Of a stretch of 64,000 nt of DNA, positions 62,807-64,000 are shown piece after piece. This stretch comes from Squalus acanthias (Eukaryota). The notes beneath the pieces were generated by a model. That model was not told the origin of the DNA, searched no databases, and was given only the letters and a program-made list of their open reading frames with translations. The position numbers and the translations under genes are program-made. Each line of letters starts with the position of its first letter. The stretch's first letter is position 1. The stretch covers positions 103,602,001-103,666,000 of the forward strand of contig CM059432.1 in assembly GCA_030390025.1 (NCBI GenBank), in the 5' to 3' direction.

Positions 62807-64000
62807 CATAAGTCTTTATTGCTTGCTATAAATTAACCTGACTTCACTGAGAATGTCACTGTAAAAATAATACTTTGTGACCTGAAAATTTAAGATACAG
62901 ACTTAACTTGCAATAATAATAGTTATTGTTAAGATTTCAATTCCTATTGGCAGAGGAAGAACTTCAAAAGCAGTTTTAAATTTGAGAAAACAGAAAGATT
63001 TCATATTACTCTGAAACACAGAATGAGCATGTGTGCCACTTTAGTCGGTCATGACTCAAAGAGAAACACTAAAAAGTACAAGAGCGGAAAATTTACTGAA
63101 AATTTTGTGCATCAACAGAACACCTAAGATGATTAGACCATAAAAGCAAGCTCAAGTTATATCAGAAAATAGGTTCTTGCTTTAAAGAAGACATTGACCT
63201 AGAACAGGAACAACTGGCAAATATCTTCTTTGTGGGTGTTTTCTAGCACACTGACTGTAATATCCAGATAACATTTCATGCAAACATTACACTTACTTGC
63301 TCTACATAACTGTGTCTGTAGTAAACAGTGTCACACGAAAAACTGTTAAATGAATGCAGTATATTTGGCAAGTACAAAACAAAGTGTTCAGTTGCTCTTA
63401 CATTATCAATAGTTGGAAATAGAAGCAGGAAATGCAAAACAATGCAGAGAGATTCTGTATAAAAAATATTGTTAGCATTCTACAAAAATGGTGCAGTGGT
63501 TATTTAATATACAGATATTTATTTTTATACCACTCCCTACTTTCTACCAAAGAGGACAGCATTCTATCAGAACGTGCCTACCATCCCTTTTTCACCTGCA
63601 CTGCCTGACAAATAGTTCAAGTATCTGTAAAAATGAGGTTTTGGGACTGAGACATTATTGGGTCAGAGTAGAGGGAGCTTAATTCTGCTTCCAGCCTATG
63701 CCATACCTCACCTGGGAGTGATTAATCCTGACACTGAGTATTTGAGATGCCAGAATGCTTCACTTTCCAGCGTGAACATCTTTCACCTCGATGAGCACAA
63801 AATAAAAAAAAAGTTTTTTAAAAAGTCACAGAATGTCAAGGTAGCACTGACTGAGGATTATTACAGCAGTCAACTCCAATTTTTCAAAGTTGAATATTCA
63901 CATATGTCCCTATCATTGTGTTGCAGATGAAGGTACGTGATAGAAATGTCTTGCTTTGCTTTATAGAGCAAAATAATCATGATTTTTCCCAAAAGGCTGA

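Noticed and set aside
1-64000. CRISPR arrays, rRNA genes, prokaryotic operons
   Set aside because: No regularly spaced repeats or such genes; the sequence is vertebrate genomic DNA.

Overview
Vertebrate genomic DNA, most likely a cartilaginous fish given the CR1/L2/DeuSINE repeat content. It contains the 5' part of TRPS1 on the minus strand. A non-coding first exon and CpG-rich promoter lie at about 47.4-48.2 kb. Three coding exons (42592-41655, 39670-38496, 37898-37250) give 920 codons with seven C2H2 fingers. A long intron then runs off the left edge; I did not find the GATA-finger or Ikaros-finger exons. The intron and upstream region are rich in CR1, L2, a second LINE family, several tRNA-derived SINE families and palindromic MITE-like elements, while about 37-49.6 kb shows no recognisable transposon. 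The main observations are: a spliced uORF that overlaps the TRPS1 start codon out of frame; a 155-codon in-frame read-through of the last coding exon ending 20 nt before an AATAAA; a ~310-bp inverted duplication bracketed by a ~60-bp direct repeat around a candidate poison exon; and a tail-to-tail CR1 fold-back. Comparisons with human TRPS1 and repeat consensus sequences are from recall and need alignment.
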